In this document: piece by piece, positions 47,431-56,078 of the stretch
How positions within the stretch are numbered: the first letter of the stretch is position 1
Layout: each line of letters starts with the position of its first letter
Assembly: GCA_944392515.1 (NCBI GenBank)
Contig: CALXWV010000003.1
Coordinates: 1-59,260 of the forward strand
DNA from: an uncultured Clostridia bacterium
GTDB lineage: Bacteria > Bacillota > Clostridia > TANB77 > CAG-508
DNA length: 59,260 nucleotides
Direction: 5' to 3'
The notes under the pieces: generated by a model
What the model saw: the letters and a program-made list of their open reading frames with translations, nothing else
What the model was told of the DNA's origin: nothing
Databases searched by the model: none
Translations under genes and position numbers: made by a program

Positions 47431-47512
47431 GAAAATGAGAACCACAGAGTGGTTGCCAAATTAAATGATAAATAAACCATTTCACTCGGCAAAGCAGAAT
47501 GGTTTATTTTTT
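47431..47512 (+). ncRNA. convergent small RNA (antitoxin-like) of the intact peptide locus
   Basis: TTGACA (47395-47400), 17-nt spacer, TATAAT (47418-47423). 5' hairpin AACCAC-AGA-GTGGTT. Terminator AAACCATT (47474-47481) / AATGGTTT (47498-47505) followed by T10. The terminator is shared with the opposite-strand peptide mRNA. Confidence 0.45.
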
Positions 47513-47513
47513 T

Positions 47514-47624
47514 TTATTTGCTTAAAATTATTACTAACGCAATAATCAAGGCAATAGCTATGATTGTAATACCTACTAAACTAAAGAATAGTAAGTATAT
47601 TAATTGTATTAATAAATCTTCCAT
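47514..47624 (-). CDS. 36-aa hydrophobic peptide, type I toxin-like (MEDLLIQLIYLLFFSLVGITIIAIALIIALVIILSK)
   Basis: Not in the ORF track because it is under 60 aa. An ATG at 47624 lies 6 nt after AGGTGG and the TAA is at 47514-47516. Its own promoter on the minus strand is TTGATT (47729-47734), 17-nt spacer, TATAGT (47706-47711). The ~75-nt leader contains TTGCCACCT, which can pair with the SD. Confidence 0.5.
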   Translation of the reverse strand: MEDLLIQLIYLLFFSLVGITIIAIALIIALVIILSK

Positions 47625-47769
47625 AGCACCACCTCGCTTTCTCACAGCTATACTGTGTATGTAAGGTGGCAACACACTCTGCTTATCTCATTTTCTATGC
47701 TAAATACTATACAATATTTACCAATAAAAATCAAGAACTTTATTTAAATATCCTTAATAATAAAATAAA

Positions 47770-47795
47770 AAAGCTACTTCATTTGAAGTAGCTTT
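47770..47795 (-). terminator. intrinsic terminator downstream of the Cys-rich mini-ORFs
   Basis: 12-bp stem AAAGCTACTTCA/TGAAGTAGCTTT with a 2-nt loop. On the minus strand it is followed by TTTTTATTTTA. Confidence 0.7.
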
Positions 47796-47820
47796 ATGTT
47801 TTAGTAATATTAATAGCTAA

Positions 47821-47937
47821 TTAGCAGCATCCTCTATTGTTTCCACCACAGCAGCAGCATATTAATATTAAGAATATAATTAAGAAACAGCAGTCGTTAT
47901 CTTTTCCAAAACAACCACATCCACATTTATCTGGCAT
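47821..47937 (-). CDS. 38-aa Cys/Gly-rich small membrane peptide (MPDKCGCGCFGKDNDCCFLIIFLILICCCCGGNNRGCC)
   Basis: Not in the ORF track. The ATG lies 8 nt after AAGGAGGA. It has a central hydrophobic helix flanked by Cys clusters and is a paralogue of the next ORF. Confidence 0.5.
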   Translation of the reverse strand: MPDKCGCGCFGKDNDCCFLIIFLILICCCCGGNNRGCC

Positions 47938-47980
47938 ATAAATCCTCCTTTCCATCTACTCCTTTATGAGTAGTTATTTA

Positions 47981-48103
47981 CTAGCAACCACAATTGTTGT
48001 CGTTTCCACATCCGCATCCACAGTTGTTGTTTCCACCGCAGCATCCGCAAAGTAAAAAGATTAATATTATGAACCATAACATATCTCCATTACAACCTCT
48101 CAT
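47981..48103 (-). CDS. 40-aa Cys/Gly-rich small membrane peptide (MRGCNGDMLWFIILIFLLCGCCGGNNNCGCGCGNDNNCGC)
   Basis: Not in the ORF track. The ATG lies 7 nt after GAGGGAGG. The design matches 47821-47937. The 64-aa plus-strand ORF at 47994-48188 is its antisense shadow. Confidence 0.5.
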   Translation of the reverse strand: MRGCNGDMLWFIILIFLLCGCCGGNNNCGCGCGNDNNCGC

Positions 48104-48357
48104 ACTATACCTCCCTCATAAAGAATTTAACTTCTTTTGTATAGTATATACTATTCTAAATACAATAAATTGGTTACGAATAGTATAAAAAAAGTATAAT
48201 TTAAAGATAGAATTTTTAGAGTAAAATATAGTATATTTTTTTTAGATATGATATAATGCTAGTGCAAAAAAGAGATAACTTAAGTTTTATATATAGTAAA
48301 TATTAATTGAAAAAAATAAATAATTAGCTTTTAAAAGTTGAAAGGATGAATTAACAA

Positions 48358-50766
48358 ATGGGAAAAATTGTTTTATTAGATGACCTAACTATTAACCAAA
48401 TAGCAGCTGGCGAAGTTATTGAAAGACCTGCTTCAGTTGTTAAAGAACTTGTTGAAAATTCAATAGATGCAGGTGCTAAAAATATAACTGTTGAAATAAA
48501 AAATGGAGGAATTTCCTATATAAGAATTACAGATGATGGTAGTGGAATAATGCCAGATGATATGGAAATTGCTTTTGAAAGACATGCAACTAGTAAAATT
48601 CGTAAAGCAGATGATTTAGATACAGTTAAATCTATGGGGTTTAGAGGAGAAGCTTTAGCAAGTATTGCAGCTATTGCTAAAGTAGATTTAGTTTCTAGAA
48701 CAGAGCAAAATGATATAGGTTACAAAATAGAAATTCAAGGTGGAGACGTTTTAGATGAACATGAAGAAGGATGTCAAAAAGGTACTACTATTACAGTAAG
48801 AGAACTTTTTTATAACACACCTGTTAGATATAAATTCTTGAAAAAGGATTTTACAGAATCAGGGTATATTGAAGATACTATAACTAGAATAGCTTTAGCA
48901 AACCCTGGCGTTGCTATAAAATTAATCAATACTGGGAAAATTGCTATTCAAACCACTGGAAGTGGAAAGTTAGAAGATGTTATATACAGTATTTATGGTA
49001 AAGAAATAGCTCAAAATTTATTACCAGTAGAATATGAATATGAGGATATGAAAGTAAGTGGTGTTATTGGTAAGCCAAGTATTGCACGTTCTAATAGATC
49101 TAATCAACTATTCTTTGTTAATAAAAGATTTATAAAGGATAAGACTTTAACAAGTGCAGCAGAACAAGCTTTTAAAGGATTAGTTACAATTGGTAAACAT
49201 GGATTTTTAGTTTTAAATATAGATATGGATCCGAAAAAAGTTGATGTAAACGTTCATCCAACTAAATTAGAAGTTAGATTCCAAGAAGAAGGAAAAATAT
49301 TTAAAGCAATTTACAATAGTATAAAACAACCATTACTAAAATATGACTTAGTTCCTGGTTCAGAAAAAGATATGAAAAATACAACACCAAATGATATATT
49401 GAAAAATATCAATTCTAATTTATTTACTACAAAAGTAGAAGCAAATGTTGAAAAAGTAAACAGCAAAGAAAGTAATATACCTAAATATAGTGAATTTAAG
49501 AGTACAATGAGTAACTTAGATCAAGATACTAGAAGAAGATTTATAGATGAGCTTACTGGAACAAAAAGCCCAGAAGAAATTGGGAAGAAATTAGCAGATA
49601 TTACAAAGGCTCTTTATGATGAGAAAAATAAAATTAGTAGCTCTAATGTATCAAATGAAAATGGCGTAAAAAGCGAAGAAACTGTAAATAAAGAACAAGA
49701 AAATTACATATATAAACAAGAAAGTAATGACGAAAATAAAGATAATGAAGAAAAGATAAATGATACTTTAAAAGAAAATGATGAAGAATATAAGTTAGAA
49801 AATCCATCTATAATAGAAAGCAAACAAGAAAATAAAGAAGATATTAAAAATTTAGAAGATAATGAAATTAAAGAAAATGATGAGCAAGAAACAAAAAATA
49901 CTACAAATACATCAAATAATGAATCAAATGAATCAAAAGAAGTATCAGAAAAAACAAATGAGTCTGAGAATTCAGCAAATTATACAAAAGAAGCAAAAAG
50001 TTCAGAAAATGAAACTAAAGAGAGTGAAGAATCTTTTGAAGAAATGTATAAAAGGCTTTTTGGAAGAGACATAAGTGAAGCTAAAAAAGAATATGAAGAA
50101 AAGAAGGAAGAAGAAGAGAAAAATTCTCCTCTTACTCAAATAACAGGTAAAGAAATATCAATGTTTGAAAAAGAGGGAATAGATAACAATCCTAAATATA
50201 AGTTTATTGGTATTGCTTTTAAAACTTACATTATACTAACAATGGGTGATGATTTATATATATTAGATCAACATGCGGCTCATGAGAGAATAATGTATGA
50301 AAAAGTTAAGGCTAATTATTACAGCCAGGGTGAAAAAGATTGTCAATTAATGCTATTGCCAGATATAATTAAGCTAAGCACTAGAGAAATGGGAATATTT
50401 AGAGATAATAAAGAAATGTTTAATAAAGCAGGTTTTGAAGTTGAAGAATTTGGTGATAATACTGTAAAATTAACAGGAGTTCCAGAATTTTGCTTGGATT
50501 TTGACACTCAAGAAATTTTCTTAGAAACTTTAGATGAAATTAATACTGTAGCAAGAACAGCAAAACAAGAAATAGAAGATAAATTCTTAGCAACAGTTGC
50601 TTGTAAGGCAGCGGTAAAAGCACATATGGCTCTTTCAAAAGAAGAAGTAGATAGTTTAATGGAACAATTATTAAGATTACCAAATCCATTTACTTGTCCT
50701 CATGGAAGACCAACTGTAATTAAAATGTCAAAAAATGATATTGAAAAGAAATTTTCAAGAAGATAA
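48358..50766 (+). CDS. mutL: DNA mismatch repair protein MutL with a long low-complexity linker
   Basis: GHKL ATPase N-terminus (IAAGEVIERPASVVKELVENSIDAG, GFRGEALASI). C-terminal endonuclease motifs (DQHAAHERIMYE, FTCPHGRPT). A ~250-aa Asn/Glu/Lys-rich spacer lies between them. Confidence 0.95.
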   Translation: MGKIVLLDDLTINQIAAGEVIERPASVVKELVENSIDAGAKNITVEIKNGGISYIRITDDGSGIMPDDMEIAFERHATSKIRKADDLDTVKSMGFRGEALASIAAIAKVDLVSRTEQNDIGYKIEIQGGDVLDEHEEGCQKGTTITVRELFYNTPVRYKFLKKDFTESGYIEDTITRIALANPGVAIKLINTGKIAIQTTGSGKLEDVIYSIYGKEIAQNLLPVEYEYEDMKVSGVIGKPSIARSNRSNQLFFVNKRFIKDKTLTSAAEQAFKGLVTIGKHGFLVLNIDMDPKKVDVNVHPTKLEVRFQEEGKIFKAIYNSIKQPLLKYDLVPGSEKDMKNTTPNDILKNINSNLFTTKVEANVEKVNSKESNIPKYSEFKSTMSNLDQDTRRRFIDELTGTKSPEEIGKKLADITKALYDEKNKISSSNVSNENGVKSEETVNKEQENYIYKQESNDENKDNEEKINDTLKENDEEYKLENPSIIESKQENKEDIKNLEDNEIKENDEQETKNTTNTSNNESNESKEVSEKTNESENSANYTKEAKSSENETKESEESFEEMYKRLFGRDISEAKKEYEEKKEEEEKNSPLTQITGKEISMFEKEGIDNNPKYKFIGIAFKTYIILTMGDDLYILDQHAAHERIMYEKVKANYYSQGEKDCQLMLLPDIIKLSTREMGIFRDNKEMFNKAGFEVEEFGDNTVKLTGVPEFCLDFDTQEIFLETLDEINTVARTAKQEIEDKFLATVACKAAVKAHMALSKEEVDSLMEQLLRLPNPFTCPHGRPTVIKMSKNDIEKKFSRR

Positions 50767-50858
50767 ACATATAAAAATTATTGTATTATATTCTAATTCA
50801 AATAATAAGCTAATGGAAATATAATACAATTAAACATTAAAAAGAAAGGATTTTACAA

Positions 50859-51299
50859 ATGAATACAGCATTAATTACATTTATGGTTGTGATAAACTTA
50901 GCATCAGCTTTTGTAATTTTTAAAGTATTAAGTAATATAGAATTAAAAAATAAATTAATACTTGTAGCAATTGGCGAGATAGTTATGTATGTTATATTAT
51001 TTGTAGTATATGGAATTAGCTCAGCAGGAGCCAATGAAACAATTGTTAATTCTTCAAGGCAAATAATATTATTTACACTTTTACCAATCAACATAATATG
51101 TATAGAACTTCCTATAATGCTAACACTGAAAAAATTGCAACAAGGTGATATTGACAATAATAAATTTAAAAGAAGAATGTCCATATTTTTAATTATAGGA
51201 ATTATAATTCTAATATTAGAATTTAACTATATTAGAGATATACAAACTGGAATAAGCAATTTTATTTCAAATTCAAATTATATTAATAATATAGAATAG
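50859..51299 (+). CDS. hypothetical multi-pass membrane protein
   Basis: 146-aa ORF with four hydrophobic segments and no recognised motif. Confidence 0.45.
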   Translation: MNTALITFMVVINLASAFVIFKVLSNIELKNKLILVAIGEIVMYVILFVVYGISSAGANETIVNSSRQIILFTLLPINIICIELPIMLTLKKLQQGDIDNNKFKRRMSIFLIIGIIILILEFNYIRDIQTGISNFISNSNYINNIE

Positions 51300-51353
51300 A
51301 AGTATTAAATGTTTTATAATTATAAAATAGTGTAACAAAAAATGAGGTAAAAA

Positions 51354-52280
51354 ATGAGTAAAGAGCAAGTAATAGTAATATGTGGACCAACTGCATCAGG
51401 TAAGACAAGCTTAGGAATAAAGCTAGCGAATCAAATAGATGGTGAAATTGTTTCTTGTGATTCTATGCAAATATATAAAGATATGACAATAGGAACAGCA
51501 AAACCTACTGATGAAGAACGTAAAGAAGCAGTGCACCATCTAGTAGATTTTGTTTATCCAAACGAAAGATATAGTGTAGCTGAATATAAAAAAGATGCAG
51601 AAAATATAATTGAACAAATTATAAAAAAAGGTAAAAAGCCAATAATTGTTGGTGGAACAGGGTTATACTTAAATTCTTTAGTTTATGGTATAGATTATCC
51701 TAATATAGAAACTGACTTAAAATATAGAGAAGAACTTGAAAAAAGAGTAGAAAAAGAAGGATTAGAAAGTCTATATAATGAAGCAAAAAAAATAGATGAA
51801 GAGGCTATAAAAAAAATTAGTCCAAATGATAAAAAAAGAATTTTAAGAATTTTAGAAATTTACCATACAACGGGTAAAACAAAAACTGAATTAGAAGAAA
51901 TTTCAAGAAGAAATGGTCCTAAATATGATTATAAAATATTTGTACTTAATATGGATAGAAGTATTCTTTATGACAGAATAAATAAAAGAGTAGATTTAAT
52001 GATAAAAGATGGATTGATTGAAGAAGTTAAAAGTCTATTAGAAAAATATAAAGAATTTCCAACAGCAATGCAAGGATTAGGATATAAAGAAGTTGTAGAA
52101 TATTTAGAAAATAAATTAACAAAAGATGAAATGATAGGAAAAATAAAACAAGAAACAAGAAGATATGCAAAAAGGCAAATTACCTGGTTTAAATCATATA
52201 AAGATGCAATCTTGCTTGATGCTTTAAATGAAGATAATGTTAATATAATTATTAATAGTTTATTTGGAGGAAATAAGTGA
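51354..52280 (+). CDS. miaA: tRNA dimethylallyltransferase MiaA
   Basis: P-loop GPTASGKTS, DSMQIYKDMTIGTAKP, conserved position after mutL. Confidence 0.95.
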   Translation: MSKEQVIVICGPTASGKTSLGIKLANQIDGEIVSCDSMQIYKDMTIGTAKPTDEERKEAVHHLVDFVYPNERYSVAEYKKDAENIIEQIIKKGKKPIIVGGTGLYLNSLVYGIDYPNIETDLKYREELEKRVEKEGLESLYNEAKKIDEEAIKKISPNDKKRILRILEIYHTTGKTKTELEEISRRNGPKYDYKIFVLNMDRSILYDRINKRVDLMIKDGLIEEVKSLLEKYKEFPTAMQGLGYKEVVEYLENKLTKDEMIGKIKQETRRYAKRQITWFKSYKDAILLDALNEDNVNIIINSLFGGNK

Positions 52281-53680
52281 AAAAACTCACTAAAAATGAT
52301 AAAAGAAAAAAATATAAAGACAAATTACAAAAACGACAAGAACTTATGGTAGAAGAAAAGTCTCAAAAAAGGAAAAAAGAAAAAGTAGAAAAAAGAGAAA
52401 GCATAGTAAATATTGATTCTCAAGAACCAAATATAAAAATTAAAAGAAAAGTAAATAAGAAAAAATTAGCTTTAATATTAATAATTGTTATTGCCATATG
52501 TGTATACTTAACAAATGCAGTTTATCATCTTATAAAAAATCCAACAGATTCTGTAATGGTAAGTGAAGGAAGCATATCACAAGAAGAAACTGTTGAAGGA
52601 TATGTAATTAGAGATGAAACCGTAATTAAAGGCGAGAATTATAAAAATGGAATGGTTGAAATAAAATCAGAAGGTTCAAAGGTAGCAAGTGGAGATCCGA
52701 TATTTAGATATTATTCATCAGGAGAAGATGATTTAAAAGCAAAGATAGCTGACTTAGATACAAAAATACAAGAGGCAATGGAGGCAAATAACCAAAATTT
52801 ATTTTCACCAGACACTAAATTATTAGATACACAAATAGAGACTAAATTAGAGCAAGTTACTAAAACTAATGATATTCAAAAAATCAAAGAATACAAAAAA
52901 AGTATAACTGAAAATATAACCAAAAAAGCTAAAATCGCAGGAGACCTAAGCCCTACAGGTTCGTATTTGAAAAAACTAATAGATGAAAGAAGTGGATATG
53001 AAAATGAACTTAATTCAGGAGCAGAGTATATAAATGCAACAAGAAGTGGTATAGTTTCATATAGAATTGATGGATTAGAAGAAATATTAAATACAAATGA
53101 TTTTTCAAAAATTAACAAAGAATTTTTACAAAACTTAAATTTAAAAACAGGTCAAATAATATCAGCCAGTAGCGAAGAAGGAAAAATTGTCAATAACTTT
53201 ATTTGCTATATAGCTTGTACATCAAAAACAAAAGAAGCAAATGAAGCTAAAGTAGGGGATACTGTTAAATTGGCTTTGCCTAGCTCAAGAGAAGTAAATG
53301 CAAAAATTGAGTATATCACAAAAGAAGAGAATGATGAAGTCACTTTAATTTTTAGTTTTACAGAAGGTATAGAGGAATTACTAAGCTATAGAAAAGTACC
53401 TATTGATATAATTTGGTGGGATGCACAAGGATATAAAGTTCCAAATAGTTGTATAATAGAAGAAAATGGCCTTAATTATGTAATAAGAACCAGAGCTGGT
53501 TACTTAGATAAAGTATTAGTAAAAGTACAAAAAACGACAGATAATTACTCAATTGTTAAAAATTATAGTACATCAGAAATAGAGGAACTTGATATAGATA
53601 AAAGTGTTTCAACATCAATAGTTCTTTATGATGAGTTACTTTTAAAGCCATCAGAGGAACAAATAAATCATGCTACATAA
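52277..53680 (+). CDS. membrane-anchored protein with coiled-coil and beta-barrel regions (HlyD/adaptor-like, tentative)
   Basis: GTG start after GGAGG. Lys-rich N-terminus, one TM helix, a central coiled coil and flanking beta-rich segments. The family assignment is a guess from the layout. Confidence 0.4.
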   Translation: MKKLTKNDKRKKYKDKLQKRQELMVEEKSQKRKKEKVEKRESIVNIDSQEPNIKIKRKVNKKKLALILIIVIAICVYLTNAVYHLIKNPTDSVMVSEGSISQEETVEGYVIRDETVIKGENYKNGMVEIKSEGSKVASGDPIFRYYSSGEDDLKAKIADLDTKIQEAMEANNQNLFSPDTKLLDTQIETKLEQVTKTNDIQKIKEYKKSITENITKKAKIAGDLSPTGSYLKKLIDERSGYENELNSGAEYINATRSGIVSYRIDGLEEILNTNDFSKINKEFLQNLNLKTGQIISASSEEGKIVNNFICYIACTSKTKEANEAKVGDTVKLALPSSREVNAKIEYITKEENDEVTLIFSFTEGIEELLSYRKVPIDIIWWDAQGYKVPNSCIIEENGLNYVIRTRAGYLDKVLVKVQKTTDNYSIVKNYSTSEIEELDIDKSVSTSIVLYDELLLKPSEEQINHAT

Positions 53681-53810
53681 TATTACAAAACTATTACAAA
53701 AACATTAAATAATGATTACATCTTGCAAAAACTATTGACTTTATTAAAAAAAAGTTAGATACTTAGTATAGTCGTAGACACGAATGAGAAATTTAGGAGG
53801 TTGTTTATAA

Positions 53811-54275
53811 ATGTCGAACGCAGTTTTAAATAAGTTTATGAATATTTTCGGTATGGGAGCGGAAGAAGCTGAAGAAGAAGATTATGAGGATGTAAATGAT
53901 ACATACGAAGAAGAAGAATTAGAAGAACCAAAGGGTCTATTTGGTAGAAAAAGTGGCAAAGTTGTTAATATGGCTCAGCAAGTGAGAATGGTAATAATGC
54001 AACCAACATCTTTTGAACAATCAGAAGATATTTGCGATTTATTAAAAGACAAAAAGTCAGTTATTATTAATTTAGAATATGTTAATAAAGATATAGCTAG
54101 AAGAATTATTGATGTAGTTAGTGGAGCTGCACATGCATTAGATGGTCATATGCAAAAAATATCAAGTTCTATATTTTTAGTTGCACCATATAACTATGAT
54201 ATAACTTCAGAAACAAAAGAAGAAACCAAGAGCAAGTTACCTGTATCTTGGCTTAAGAGTAATGCCAATAATTAA
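53811..54275 (+). CDS. sepF: cell division protein SepF
   Basis: Acidic N-terminal part followed by the conserved core (MVIMQPTSFEQSEDICDLLKDKKSVIINLEYVNKDIARRIIDVVSGAAHALDGHMQKISSSIFLVAP). Confidence 0.85.
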   Translation: MSNAVLNKFMNIFGMGAEEAEEEDYEDVNDTYEEEELEEPKGLFGRKSGKVVNMAQQVRMVIMQPTSFEQSEDICDLLKDKKSVIINLEYVNKDIARRIIDVVSGAAHALDGHMQKISSSIFLVAPYNYDITSETKEETKSKLPVSWLKSNANN

Positions 54276-54294
54276 TTAGATATGGGGGAATAAT

Positions 54295-54750
54295 ATGATA
54301 ACACCTTTAGATATAGAAAATAAAAGATTTTCTAAAAAGACTCTTAATGGATATGATCCTGAAGAAGTTGATGATTTTTTAGATGAATTGACTAAAGATT
54401 ATTCAGCAATCTATAAAAAAGTAAATGAAAATGATAAGGAATTAGAAGATTTAAAACTTAAAGTTGAACACTATAATCAAATTGAATCAACTTTACAAAA
54501 TACTTTACTTATGGCTCAATCAGCAGCTGATGAGGTAAAAAATGCTGCTCAAAAACAAGCAGAGCAAATAATTAGAGAAGCAGAGAATAAAGCTAAAGAG
54601 CGTACTGAAAATTTAGATATGCAAGTTTCAGAAAAAAGAAAAGAATTAGAAGACATTAGTAAACAATTTGATGTGTATAAAGCCAAAATGGAATCTTTAC
54701 TTATTTCACAATTAGAACTTCTTAAAGAAGTAAATAAAAAGGATGATTAA
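54295..54750 (+). CDS. divIVA: DivIVA domain protein
   Basis: MITPLDIENKRFSKKTLNGYDPEEVDDFLDEL N-terminus followed by a coiled coil. Confidence 0.85.
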   Translation: MITPLDIENKRFSKKTLNGYDPEEVDDFLDELTKDYSAIYKKVNENDKELEDLKLKVEHYNQIESTLQNTLLMAQSAADEVKNAAQKQAEQIIREAENKAKERTENLDMQVSEKRKELEDISKQFDVYKAKMESLLISQLELLKEVNKKDD

Positions 54751-54784
54751 ATACAACAAAAAAATTACAATTTTGTAATAAAAT

Positions 54785-54826
54785 AAAGAGATATATGTTA
54801 TAAATTAGCGTATATCTCTTTATTTT
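54785..54826 (+). terminator. intrinsic terminator after divIVA
   Basis: AAAGAGATATA (54785-54795) / TATATCTCTTT (54811-54821) followed by ATTTTG. Confidence 0.7.
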
Positions 54827-54930
54827 GCTGTAAATTTATGCTAAAATAAGTGTATTACATTGATGTTAAGGGAATATTACAATTTTATTAATCCTATTGA
54901 CAAGAAAGGATTTAAAGTTAAAATAGTGTT

Positions 54931-55491
54931 ATGAGAGTTATAAGTGGCACAGCTAGAGGAACTAAGCTAAAAACGATTGAAAATATATCTACTCGTCCAA
55001 CGTTAGATAGAGTAAAAGAAGCTTTATTTAACATACTACAGGATAAGTTAAAAGATTCTGTAGTACTTGATTTATTTGCTGGAAGTGGAGCACTTGGAAT
55101 AGAAGCTTTGAGTAGAGGAGCAAAAAAAGCATATTTTTGTGACAAAAATCCTGAAGCAATAAAAGTTATAAAAGATAATTTAAATAAAACTAGATTTATA
55201 GATAAAGCAATAATTTTTAATTGCGATTATATAAATGCAATAAGGAAAATAAATGATAAATTATCAATTGTTTTTTTAGATCCACCATATAAGCTTGATT
55301 TAGCAGTTAAATCAATAAATGAATTATTGAAATGTAATATACTTACAAAAGATAGTTTAATAATAATAGAAACAGATGAAATAAATAGAGATATAGAAGA
55401 AGTTAAAAAAATTAAAGAGATTGAAGTAGTAGATACTAGAAAATATGGAAGAGCAAATTTGATTTTTATAAAACCTAACTTAGGCAAATAA
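54931..55491 (+). CDS. rsmD: 16S rRNA (guanine966-N2)-methyltransferase RsmD
   Basis: MRVISGTARGTKLK, LDLFAGSGALGIEALSRGA (SAM site), FLDPPY. Confidence 0.9.
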   Translation: MRVISGTARGTKLKTIENISTRPTLDRVKEALFNILQDKLKDSVVLDLFAGSGALGIEALSRGAKKAYFCDKNPEAIKVIKDNLNKTRFIDKAIIFNCDYINAIRKINDKLSIVFLDPPYKLDLAVKSINELLKCNILTKDSLIIIETDEINRDIEEVKKIKEIEVVDTRKYGRANLIFIKPNLGK

Positions 55492-55540
55492 GCTTTTAAA
55501 CCTTAATTAAGTACTTTACAAAGAGAAAGAGGAATATATA

Positions 55541-55978
55541 ATGGAAATATTTACATTACTTGAAAATTTAGAAGAAATCATCGAAAACTCTAAAAAAATG
55601 CCTTTTACAAATAAAATTATGTTAGAGCAAGATGAGATTTTAGATATAATTAAAGATATTAGATTAAAATTACCAGAAGATTTAAAACAAGCAAAATGGG
55701 TAAGAGAAGAAAGAGACAGAATATTAGAAGAAGCTAAAAAAGAAGCTGATGATGTTGTAAAAGAAGCTGAAAATAGAATAATATCTATGATTGATGAACA
55801 TGAAATAACTAAAAAAGCTTATGAACAAAAAAATCAAATAATGGAAGCTGCTAATGAGAATTCTAGACAAATTACTCAAGGTGCAAAAGAATATGCCGAT
55901 AATATTTTAGCAGATTTAGAAACAAGACTTGAAAAAGTTTTAAAAGAAATATCTCAAGATAGAAAAGAATTGAAATAA
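55541..55978 (+). CDS. hypothetical coiled-coil protein
   Basis: 145-aa charged helical ORF with good start context and no specific motif recognised. Confidence 0.45.
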   Translation: MEIFTLLENLEEIIENSKKMPFTNKIMLEQDEILDIIKDIRLKLPEDLKQAKWVREERDRILEEAKKEADDVVKEAENRIISMIDEHEITKKAYEQKNQIMEAANENSRQITQGAKEYADNILADLETRLEKVLKEISQDRKELK

Positions 55979-56078
55979 GTATTATATAATTTAATAAGTG
56001 TCAAGATGAAAAAGAGAGTTAATACATTTTAGTTACTAATTTAAATTTTAAATTTAGGTATGTAAGAAAGGATATAAA

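Noticed and set aside
47994-48188. 64-aa plus-strand ORF (MLSFPHPHPQLLFPPQHPQ...)
   Set aside because: It is the antisense shadow of the Cys/Gly-rich mini-ORF at 47981-48103. It has a TTG start, no RBS, and a His/Pro repeat that is simply the complement of the Cys/Gly codons.
49862-50074. 70-aa plus-strand ORF inside mutL
   Set aside because: It is an alternate frame of the low-complexity MutL linker with a Lys/Gln-rich nonsense translation.
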